Shown here: one piece after another, positions 50,401-60,641 of the stretch
Position numbering within the stretch: position 1 is the first letter of the stretch
Layout of the letters: each line of letters opens with the position of its first letter
DNA from: Guillardia theta CCMP2712
Lineage: Eukaryota > Protista > Cryptophyta
DNA: 64,000 nt
Direction of reading: 5' to 3'
Assembly: GCF_000315625.1 (NCBI RefSeq)
Contig: NW_005434665.1
Span: 1,004,796 to 1,068,795 of the forward strand
The notes under the pieces: model-generated
Databases searched by the model: none
Told to the model about the DNA's origin: nothing
Seen by the model: only the letters and a program-made list of their open reading frames with translations
Made by a program: the position numbers and the translations under genes

Positions 50401-52238
50401 GAGATCTCGTCCTCGTTCTTGACGCGAGCATGCGGCAATTCTCCTTTGCTCTGCTGACTAGATCAGCTCCTAAGAAAGTTTCGGCGATCGAACAGCAACC
50501 TCTCCGTCCGATCCCTGAGAAAAAATGTTGACCGCCTGTTTGCGACAGTCAGCAAAGACATTCAGATCGTTTCATGGGACAAAGACGTCCATACGTCGTC
50601 ATCGGAAGCGAAGTCATCTTCATACTGCTCTTCTTCGACGTCAGCATTCTCTCCTTCTTCCTCCATCATGTCGCCGCGATCCACATCCTCGGAGTAGAGG
50701 TCCTGCACAGAACAATCATCTGAGGGCACAGAGACGTTGCCACTGACCTCATCTGAGTCCGCGCTTTGGAATTCCGAGACGGTGTGGAGGCTTTGAAAGA
50801 CAAGTGAACAAGAGGTAGATTCGTCGTCCACCTTCCTACCCTTGCTTTCCGGCTGCTCTCAAACTTTGATCTCGCGATGAACGGATCGGCTTCGGCATTT
50901 CACCCGTCCGAATGTATCGTCCTACTGATCTTCAACTGCGCAACAAGGTACAGGAGTCTTCCTACCGACAGGAGAAGTAATCGCCTTCTTCCTTTCTTTC
51001 TCTTGAGCCGAAAGTTCGATTCCCCGCGCTCTTCCGTCCAACTTTTTTCAGAGGACCAACACATGGATCGACAAACTAAACCTGAGTTCCTCAGAGGTGT
51101 CGATGTCATGCAGAACTTCAACCCAATCCTTGCAAATTGCGTCATGGTCGCAAGACAAATACTGTCATGTGTACCAAAGCTTCAATGAAGCCATCTCCGT
51201 CCCGATCCAAGAACTGGAACAACTGAAATACACAGTCAACAAAGCAGGCGAACAAACTAGGAGCTACAGCATGTGAAGCTTCTTCTGAAAGATCCATGTT
51301 GATAGACTCAATCACCGACATCCAGTCTTCTAGATGTATCCTGCCGTCCCTCAATGTAAGCAGGACCACACAAGTTCATTCACAGTAGCATGCCTGCCAT
51401 CGTTGTCAAGATCGAACTGATCAAACCCATCTTCCAGTGAAAGCTCGTTGTACTGTAGGTGCACAGTCTGCATCAGTATCGAGACTTTGACTTGATTCAG
51501 TGACCTTGAGTGTAGCAGCAAGGATCCTCAAAGAGTCTCGGACTAGACTTCCCTCTGCCCGACCGTCCTTGTCCTCGTCAGGCTCTGTCTGCAACCAGTC
51601 TTGCCCCTGCTCCGTCTGCAGGAACGAGTGTTCAATGCGATCATCACGCTCCTCAGTGCATGGGACACCTCGAGCCAAGTGCGCCCCTCCTCTGAGACCA
51701 GCCATTGCATGCTCTCTCTGGTTTGTTCCATGGACGGCGGAGCAAGCCTGATGACTGACCCTCTCATAGTCTGGATCTGTATCGATCCTTTCTGCCATGC
51801 GCTTCTTTGACGGACGTTGCTCCTTTGATCTGAAACCCTGTCATGCTCCCCCTCCCGGGATCAAGCACAAGTCAGGAACCTTTTCGGAGGGCTCCTCCTC
51901 CTTTGTCGTTCTCTTGCTTCTTTCGGATCCTCTCCTCGTTGGCTCCGAGAAAGTTGACCTGAGCATGCTTCAGAACCGAGCAGTGACATCCACAGGCGCA
52001 CCTCAAATCCTCTTTCCCGTTGCGCGAGGGCTTCCTTCTTCTTCTCCTCCTTCTTCCTGAGCTCCCTCAGGATCCTGTTCTTCTCTTGCAGGACTGCAAG
52101 GTATTCTCGATAGGACGGGTCCACACCCTTCCCAGCCAACGAGTCTGACTTGACATCTGTATCCTTTATGTTCACTGCCTGCCCCGTCCTGTCCCAAGTC
52201 TTCCTCCTCGTGGCGCCATCGGTCCTGGGCTCCGACAT
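44500..52238 (-). CDS. KATNIP: Katanin-interacting ciliary protein KATNIP (KIAA0556) with four DUF4457-type repeats
   Basis: N-terminal [15 protein letters not shown]...ERGFE; four repeats of S(T/N/H)WGD..Y.GL(S/T/N)GIE.FD ... D.H.WL.PF ... R.WNYNKS; many introns. Confidence 0.88.
47550..47650. repeat. 22-bp tandem repeat (AGGAGAAGACAACATGACAGGT, ~4.5 copies), intronic
   Basis: Directly visible, with a few substitutions. Confidence 0.9.
47783..47921. repeat. (CGTCT)n followed by (CATCT)n pentanucleotide arrays, intronic
   Basis: Directly visible. Confidence 0.95.
48835..49025. repeat. 39-bp pyrimidine tandem repeat (~5 copies), intronic
   Basis: Unit ~CCTCCTTCCCTCTACCTCTCCTGCTTCCTCCTCCTCTCC. 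Confidence 0.9.
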
Positions 52239-52475
52239 GACTCGTAGCGTTCACTTCAAGCACCCTTCCTCCGTTGAAGGGTTTCCAGTCGCACAAGCAG
52301 CACTTCAAGCATACTCGTAGCTCTCACATGTGCTCTCCTCCTCCTCCTCCTCCTCCTGTTCCTGCACTACTCTACCCTGGTCCACCTACGACAGTGAAAA
52401 CAAGGCGGCGCAACATGAACGTAACGGATCGTAACGTGAAATCGAGGTTGCACCTGCGGCCTCATCAGGAAGGCG

Positions 52476-54329
52476 ATGGCACTTCGAGTGCTTCGCCAGC
52501 ACAAGGGTCTGGGATGGAGGCTTGTCAGGGCAGGACCAAGGTACCTCTCCTCTGACAAGCCTCGGCACCTGGATCAACTTCGACCTGGGACCATTTCTGC
52601 GCAGGTGATGAATGGATTCGTGTGGAATGTTAGTGATAAATCGAGTCCAGATCCCCTTCGGAGACGACAAACAGTACAATTCAGTTGTTCCAGCCATTTA
52701 TCCGTCTTCTACTTTCGTTAGAGATCAGAATGGAACCAACATTGCAGGTCAGGAGTGGGGAGTGGTCTATCAAGTCGATGAGTTGCAAGCAGGCAAGATC
52801 TATGCTCGGGATGACAACCCAACAGTGCTTGCAGCTGAAGGCACCATCAGAGAGCTGGAGTTCGGCGCAGATGCTCTCTTGTTCTCATCTGGAATGTCGG
52901 CAGCCACCGCAGTCTTCAAGGTAAGTCACCCCCATAGCCTCCTCTGTGCGCTCATGGAGGGAAACAGATACTTCGGCCTGGTGACCATGTCATTGTTCCA
53001 CGAGTTATGTACTGGGCGTTGAGGGGATGGATCATGGATTTCGCGAAAAGATGGAAGATCGAGGCAGCATCGTCTTCTTACGCTTGTTCGCTGGTCTTAA
53101 TCTGTTGCAGGTGAAAGCTCTGGACTTTGGAGAACCCTTCGACAAGAACAAACTCCGCTCGGCCTTGTCCACTCGGCCAAAGTTGGTCTGGCTCGAAACG
53201 CCAGCCAATCCGAGTAAGGCCCTTGAATCCTGCTCCTCTCTCTCGCCCATGATAGTCTTGCAGCCTGGTCGGTCTCGGACATATCCGAGATCTCAAGCAT
53301 GGCACACGACATTGGTGCATTCTGCGTTGTGGACAGCACTGCTGCGACGCCAGTGCTCAGCCAGCCTCTAAATTTGGGAGCCGACATTGTGATGCACTCG
53401 GCAACGAAATACCTGAACGGACACAGCGACGTGCTGGCGGGGGTTCTCGTGGCGAATCGCAAGATGGCGAACTCGTTGTTGTGGAAGAACATTCGGAATG
53501 TTCGGCGGAGTGAAGGATGCTGCCTTTCTTCCTTCGACGCTTGGCTGCTGCAACGAGGGCTGCGAACAGGTGTGATAGATCATGCTGAAAGCAACGCGTT
53601 TCTCACTGGTGATCGAGCAGTGCACTTGCGCGTTCGAACCCAGAGCAAGAACGCCCTTGATATAGCAAAGCACATGGAAAAGTTAGACGGTGTCAAGGTG
53701 CTCTATCCCGGACTCCCGTCCTTTCCAGGGCATGAAGTGGCAAAGCGTCAGGAAAGCTGAAGACATAAGGCCAAACTTGGACATTGACATGCAATGCAGA
53801 TGAAAATGGGATTTGGAGGAATGCTCTCTTTACGATTTGAGGTTTCAAGTTTTGTTACCCATACCTAGACTTTATTTGAGATTCGATATGCAGGGAGGGA
53901 AGGAGCAGGCACTTGCGTTCTTAAACGCATGCAAGGTATGTCCCATATCCCCAAGATTCGCTTCATATCAAGCACGAGCTTTTCTTTATTCGCATGTGCA
54001 TTCTTAAACCCTGTATTCACTTGGTGTCAAAACGTCAGCTGTTCAAGAATGCAACGTCACTGGGAGGAGTTGAAAGCCTCATCGAGCACAGGTACACGAA
54101 CACAGACTGTGAGAACGTTCCATGACTGCTAGTTGCAGAGCCAGCGTCGAAGGGAAATCAAGTCCCGTTCCAGACGATCTGTGAGTGAATAGCTGATGAA
54201 GATCGATGCGCAGACTGATGAATGTGACGAAGGCTGAGACTGTCCATCGGTATCGAAGAACGTGATGATTTGCTTCGAGACCTCCACGATGCATATCTAG
54301 TAGCGGTCAAAAACAAAACCGTGAAATGA
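52476..54329 (+). CDS. Cys/Met metabolism PLP enzyme (cystathionine gamma-synthase/lyase family), likely mitochondrial presequence
   Basis: VVPAIYPSSTF, YARDDNPT, FSSGMSAA, WLETPANP, VDST, HSATKYLNGHSDVLAG (PLP lysine), VLYPGL, ATSLGGVESLIEH, RLSIGIE; Arg-rich, acid-free N-terminus. Confidence 0.92.
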
Positions 54330-54397
54330 CCTAATTCGATCGCTGTATTGTTCTTGTTACGAACGAGCATAGCGCATGTAGAAATGAAACTTCGTAA

Positions 54398-54859
54398 TCA
54401 AACACCACGTACTATTGTAATGTCACGCATTTCCCTCCGAGCACAGACATATTCTCCCGAGATCACAGTAAATATCGTTGCTAATATGTTGCAAAACCAC
54501 CAAACCCAGTGAGTTGGAAGTCCGTCATAAAGAAAGCAAATCAATATATGAAATCCATAGAGCGTCGTCCCAAAATCAAGACATTTCTTAGCCCTCTCCA
54601 CCACCACATATAGAAACCCGACATCACAGACTGCACATAGAAAAACTGCAAAAACAGTAGCCCATGCCAGCCTTGTTGACATGTTCTCAAATACGTTTGA
54701 TGTAAAGAACTGATCTAGTGAGATTGGCACTCCCATCAAAGAATCCATCAAGAAGAAAGAGGCGCCAAGTGCGAGGTAGTGCAAAGCCTGCATGACGCAC
54801 ATCTGAGATATGATCAACTGAGCATCGAAATGCTCTCTGCCATAGAACGTTCCGCTCAT
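54398..54859 (-). CDS. SYS1: SYS1 Golgi integral membrane protein
   Basis: FDAQLIISQMCVMQALHY, VVERAKKCLDFGTTL..FH, PTHWVWW, GEYVCARREMRDI. Confidence 0.92.
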   Translation of the reverse strand: MSGTFYGREHFDAQLIISQMCVMQALHYLALGASFFLMDSLMGVPISLDQFFTSNVFENMSTRLAWATVFAVFLCAVCDVGFLYVVVERAKKCLDFGTTLYGFHILICFLYDGLPTHWVWWFCNILATIFTVISGEYVCARREMRDITIVRGV

Positions 54860-55074
54860 TTCTGATCAAGAGAGGTTGCAGCTTTCTCTCCCTTCTCTCC
54901 TGCTCGCTTCTTTCTTGACTGTACACTTCTACCTCTACCTCCTGCTGTCCTCCTGATCCTCTCCTGCTCCCCGCAATCCTCCGTCTATTCGCCTCCTCCA
55001 GCCATGATGCCGCCGGAAATCTCAAGTCGGTATGAATGTATGAGTCATACTCGTCCAGGTATGTGTGATAGAAG

Positions 55075-55345
55075 GCCCCGACTCGCCCGGCCCGGGCCCG
55101 GCCGCTGAGCCCGGCCTGTCGCCGTGACGGTGATCGGACAGTGAGCCTCGGAGTCACAGAGTCACGGCCGCGCGCCCGGCGTACCGGGGGACCGCGGCGC
55201 ACCGTGACCCGGGACTCAGGCCCGGATTGACATGAGTAAACTTCGTAGACTCAGAAGACTCGAAAGGACGGGCCGGCCGCGCGGGGCCCACCGGCGTGCC
55301 GGGCGGTGGCACTGGCACGGTCATTCGCTGTCACCGGGCCGGAAG
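55075..55345. other. GC-rich palindrome-dense intergenic island (copy 4)
   Basis: CCCGGCCCGGGCCCGGCCG, GAGTCACAGAGTCAC, GGGACTCAGGCCCGG, GCACTGGCA. Confidence 0.7.
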
Positions 55346-55471
55346 CCACCAATCCTCAAGAGCTTTGCCGTTCTTTATCAACTTTAGGCAACAGAGCTTT
55401 TCATCATGACTTTGTACAATCTTTGTGTTGGCAAGGTTTCTGCATACAACAAGGGCGAGGTTATCTCTTAT

Positions 55472-57548
55472 TTAGTAAATCTTATACACGCTGGTGGGAT
55501 CCGAGCGACAGATTGGACATGGCCTTGAAGCCGCTCCTTCCTTGTGGTTCTCACAGAGACATTTATGTCCACAGGGGATGAGCGCCCACATGGCCTCTCG
55601 TTCCAAGCAGATGACGCAGAGCTGGCTATCTATGTCTATCTCATCCTCTCTTAAACTCTCTGCAACGGCTGCGTCATGCTGTTGCTGAAGCTTTCTATGC
55701 AAGTCGCTAAAACGTGGCCGCTCTGACTTCTGCTCCCTCCAACATTCCAGCATGATACTATACACAGCTGCAGGGCACGAAGGGGGGCTCGGAAGTCGCA
55801 CACCACCAAGTACCTTGGATCCCACAAGCGAATCGTCCGTGACGGTGCAATACGGAACTTTCCCGTACGTCCAGATCTCCCACAAAGTCACACCAAACGC
55901 CCATACATCGCTCTTCTCCGAGTACTGCCTTCTCTCGATGCTCTCCGGTGCCATCCATCGGATTGGGCGAGTCGTCGACCCTGCCGTACTGAAACTCGCT
56001 GCATATCTCTCTCCGTACCCGCGCGCGGACATGACAGACAACCCGTAATCAGCGATCTTCACATTCACATCCAAGTGATTCTGTGCATTCAGACGGAACA
56101 CAAGCACGTTCCTCGCTGCCAGGTCCCGATGCACGACCTGATGCAGAGAGAGCTGTACCATCCCGTCGCAGACCTGCCTCGCCACCTGCAGCTGCACCAG
56201 TAGACTGAGAGTCTTGCGTTCCTCTGCGAGGCTAGATAACACGACATCCAAGGAGCCCTGAGATGCAAAGTCCGTCACCATGCAGTAGTCGCAAGAACCT
56301 GGCTCAATTGTGATAGCAAGAAGGCGAAGGAGATTCGGGTGGAGCCCCAAGTGCTGGAAGATCTTGACCTCCTGCTCGAACTCCTCCCTCCTCCCAGTGG
56401 ATCCGCTGCCACGGATTCGTTGGATAGCTACTTCAGAGCTGCCTCCATTCGGCTGCTGCCATCGAGCCTTGTAGACGAGCTTGAAGGAGCCTGAGCCGAT
56501 CTGCCGCACATCGGTGAAGGCTTCGAAGTTGACCGACGGGATGCCACGCGAAGGCTAAAGAACAAAATGTCAAAGACATCCAAGCCATATAGAGACGGTA
56601 ACCTGGGACACAACGACATGTTGCTCCGTCTCCTTTAGCTCCTTTCTCTCAACACTGTTCGTCTCACGCACTTCACTTTTTGAGGAAAGAACGTTTGAAG
56701 TTTCACATTCAATTTCAATGCATCTCGCAGCTGTCGCAGCTTCACGATCCGAGAACTTGCCCTGGATTCCTCGAGAATCACTAGCAAATGTAGAGGACTT
56801 TCTATATTTTCTGTAGACCAACAAGAGAGCCACGAGCACAGTCGGAATAACGACTGTGATCACAACGATTGTTGTCACACTCGACTTGCTAGGGCTGGCT
56901 GTCGAAGTTGGGATTCGTGCTGCTGCTGGTGATTGAAATGGGGGTGGTTGAATCAAAAACAACATCTGAAAAACATGACATCAATATAGATAGATTGAAA
57001 AGGTGTCAACCACCTTGATGATCATCACAATCAGTTCCACTCGCACATGGATTCAAGTTGGCGTCCATGATAGTAAAATTAGGCCATGACAGATGATAGC
57101 ACGTCAGATTGTTGCCTGTCAATCTCAAAGTGATAAGCGAAGACAAACTAGTGAAAGACTGGGAGGGAATGCAGGAAAGCCTGTTGTAGCTAAGATAAAG
57201 ATACTGCAAGCTCGAGAGCCCGTCGAAGATCCCAGCTGGCAGACTTTCCTGATAGTTGTTTCCAAGGGATAGGTTGTTTTGGTCTAGATGCAGAAACTGC
57301 AAGCTAGAGAGCCCGTCAAACGTTCTATCCATTATGTTCCGAATACCCATTAAATTCAAACACAATCTTTTGTAACCCCGCATATCAGTTCCACAGTCAC
57401 CTCCACAGATTCCCTTCCTCGACAACAAACCCTCACCCGAGATGTGAAACGTGCAGTTTCCACAGCTCACGCTGCCTGCTGCCTCGGTCTGCCTTCCCCA
57501 GCCTCCAAGTAACATCAAAAGCACACACATCCCCAGCACTCGCTTCAT
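55472..57548 (-). CDS. LRR receptor kinase with tyrosine-kinase signatures and C-terminal RING finger
   Basis: Signal peptide MKRVLGMCVLLMLLGG; LRRs (LPAGIFDGLSSLQYLYLSYNRL); TM IVVITVVIPTVLVALLLVY-RKYRK; kinase GSGSFK, HRDLAARN, DYG, RPIRWMAPE, SDVWAFGV; RING CVIC...PCGHKCLC..H...CPICR. Confidence 0.9.
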
Positions 57549-58123
57549 GCTCCTCCTTGACTGATCTACAGCAATCCCAGCATGGGCACTCGGCGAGTCA
57601 GCCTTTCTTGTCAACTCACCAGCTGATTTGACCACTCGCACTTTGACTAGACACGTACTACCAACATACTACTACTACTAGCTAGCTAGCTATAGCTAGT
57701 GACTGTACTGTAGGTATCCTCTAAAATACTATAAACTCGTGGTACTCTAAAACACGTACTCTTGACTATGTATGTCATGACTGTGAATGTTGCTCCGGTT
57801 TGCCCTTCTTTTTCAGTTCGTCTTACACATATGATGAATTGAATGGTCGAATCGCCGGCGATACAAAAGCGCTCAGCGGCTTATATCGTTACGGATCCAC
57901 TCAGTCAGCCAGACCTCGTGCCAATGATATCAATAGCAGACGATTCGTGGACACTCAGCACAGCTGCTTGATGGAGAGCCGCAGAGCGGCTTCGTCGGAC
58001 TCAATCTATTTAGCTCCTCGAATTGGACTCAGCGGCTAGCTCTAGAACTCGGATCGGTGCTGACTTTGAATGTCACAGAACTCAGAGGGCCTTTTCAAAT
58101 CAACATGTATTTGTCGGAGGGCA

Positions 58124-59977
58124 TCAATCAAGACGTAAGACAGGACTAAAGTTCGGATCTGAGGGGGGAGGAGGTACGGGCACACTGCTCCTGAAGCCGA
58201 AGGTGGACCTGCAAACTTGAATGAGAGGAGTTGTCTGAGCATGGTAGATGTTCAACAGGAGGAAGGAGGCCATGGTTCGGAGAATTGCAAACACAAGAAT
58301 CTCTGCCAGGACCTGGAGGGTCCAGTCATTTAAAGGAGCGGAAGGGATAATGATAGTAGAAGTCAAAGTACCGAGAGGACAAGGCCAGTCACAACAAACA
58401 AACCTGAAATGGAACAAGTGAGTTCAATAGGACTTTCGCCTGTCAAAGGTGTATCATGAATGACCGTCTAATTCAGCAATGCCAAGAGCAATCAGAGCCA
58501 TGCAGATGGCAGGAAGCTGCGAGAACAAGTCAAAGACAACTGAGAAGAGATCCTTGCGTTGACCTGGGTGCTGAAGGGAATAGGAAGCATAACGACGACT
58601 GAGAGTTGGAGCATGAAAATCGCTAAAGCTTGCTCAACAACCTGTAATTGAGAACATGATATGAAGGGACAAATGATTCGGCCTTTTACGGGATTCTGCA
58701 TGAAGAACCATCTGTGCTTGGCAAATTTGTTTGTAGCTGGATGCAAGCATTGTTAACTTGCACACAACTGTCGTTCTAAATCAAACCTCTGATCGCTGGC
58801 AGCCCTGAGCTTAGCATTGAAACAAGGTATCGTTTCTTGATTCTCATCTTTCTTATCCACTCCTGAAGAAAGCAGACATGAATGGATTGAAGAGCACATA
58901 CATTAGAGATACTGGGAGGACTGGGATTCGACTTCCTGAAATCATCTGACAAGACAAATAGAACTGTTCAAGATTCCGTCATCGTGGGCAAATACTTGAG
59001 AGTTTGAGTTTGACCTGTCCCATCCCAACAAACATCCCAACACCAGGAAGACCTGGTTGATACGATGCGAAATTTCGTCAGAAAGAGTTTGCAACCGAAC
59101 GAGAGAGACTCGGCCCTACAACGTACCTAGTGCACTGGGCAGTGAAAGCAGTAAGAAGAGCACCTGACAAGCATCAGACCACAACATGCGACAACGGATG
59201 AATCGCACAGGAAATGCCGAAGGCCCCAGCAGTGCCAGCACGTCTCCGAAGGAGATGGTCTCGAAGTCATGACGGAAATCTCCCGGGGACGTGGATAGGG
59301 TGTCGTTGACCATGCCGACTTCACGGGAGCAGATGCTGATGACCGACTCGATCACCTGCGAGACTCGAGCTGGAACACGGCTGTCTTGACCTTGACAGTC
59401 GCATCAGAATCGTGGGAGATCCTCTCCTAGATCTACCTTGGTTCACGCTAGTTAACAGATTCCGCTTCACCCTCAGGGACCTCGGCGAGAGGTGGCGGAA
59501 AGATGGTCTTGCCCCCATCTCCTGAGAGGCCGCCCTGGTTGGATCACAAGGTCGTCTAGGGACCTCAAAGTCGCTGTCATCAAAGATGGTAGAGTCTTCT
59601 TCTCGCAAGGTTATCAGCGATCGGTTGCCTTGTTGGTCCCCAGCATGACTTTGGTTCAAGGACAAAGGCATAGAACAATCCTTGTAAGGAAGACCTTCAT
59701 TCGTCTCATCCTCTCCTCCCCGCAAGCGCAGAAACACCACCTGATCCAAACCTGTGCTGTCAGAATAAAACGCCTGGGGATAAGGAACCCTGACCTCATT
59801 GTTTCTAGACCTGTGAAGATGTATCCTTGGGCAAGAAGTGACAGGCTCGTGCACATACAAGCAACTAGCATTCACAAAGAGAAAGAGGAGGATGACGGGG
59901 AGGCCAGACCCCCTTGTCAATCTTATCCTTCGTATAGTGGATAGAATATACGTAACAAGCCACTGATCCGGTAACAT
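58124..59977 (-). CDS. Hypothetical protein with N-terminal hydrophobic segment, LRLRGG motif and probable multi-TM C-terminal exons
   Basis: First exon LPVILLFLFVNASC...VVFLRLRGGE; downstream short hydrophobic minus-strand exons; 3' end unresolved. Confidence 0.45.
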
Positions 59978-60641
59978 TGGTAGGATCAGGAGGGTTGAAG
60001 TGCTATGCCAGAAACAAATCTCATGGCTGGAAAGCAACCTTGCCTTCTACGGTTTGCATCAGCGACGATGTACACCTGTTTTCATTCTTCAGCATATCAG
60101 ATTCATATTCACATCCAAAAGCTTGCACTCGTCAACCCCTTCCTTGCTTTTCTCCCCTCATCAACGTACCTTCCCACAGCCCACTCCCTTCACTGCCCTC
60201 CTCTTGCCCTCTGTCTCTTTCTCCCATCTGTTTCTCACGATCCCTCCACCCACCTCTCCCTGCTCCTGCTATCTTCTCCGTACAACCTCTCCACCCTCCC
60301 CTCTCCCCTCTCCCCAGCCCTGTAGCTCTTCACCTCCTGCCTGCTCCTGTAGCGCCCCTACAGCATGCAAATCGTTCACTACATCGATCTGTGATATAGA
60401 TATTAGGCATCCTCCAATAGAATATTCATATCACCTTGACCATGAATATAGAAATTCAATATATATTACTTAATAATCCTAAGAATGAACTATTAATTCC
60501 TATATTGTATAGGAAATCTGTAGTCCATCGGGCACCCTTTGCGCGGCAGGCTGTCCTGAGATCGAAGCGATTCTGATCGAAACAGTTTGAAAATTTACTA
60601 GACCGACTGGTGAAAGTGAAGGCAACAGGATGGGCGGCACC

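Noticed and set aside
57650-57780. TAC/CTAG-rich stretch as a Helitron or transposon end
   Set aside because: No subterminal hairpin, TIR, TSD or transposase visible; low complexity only.
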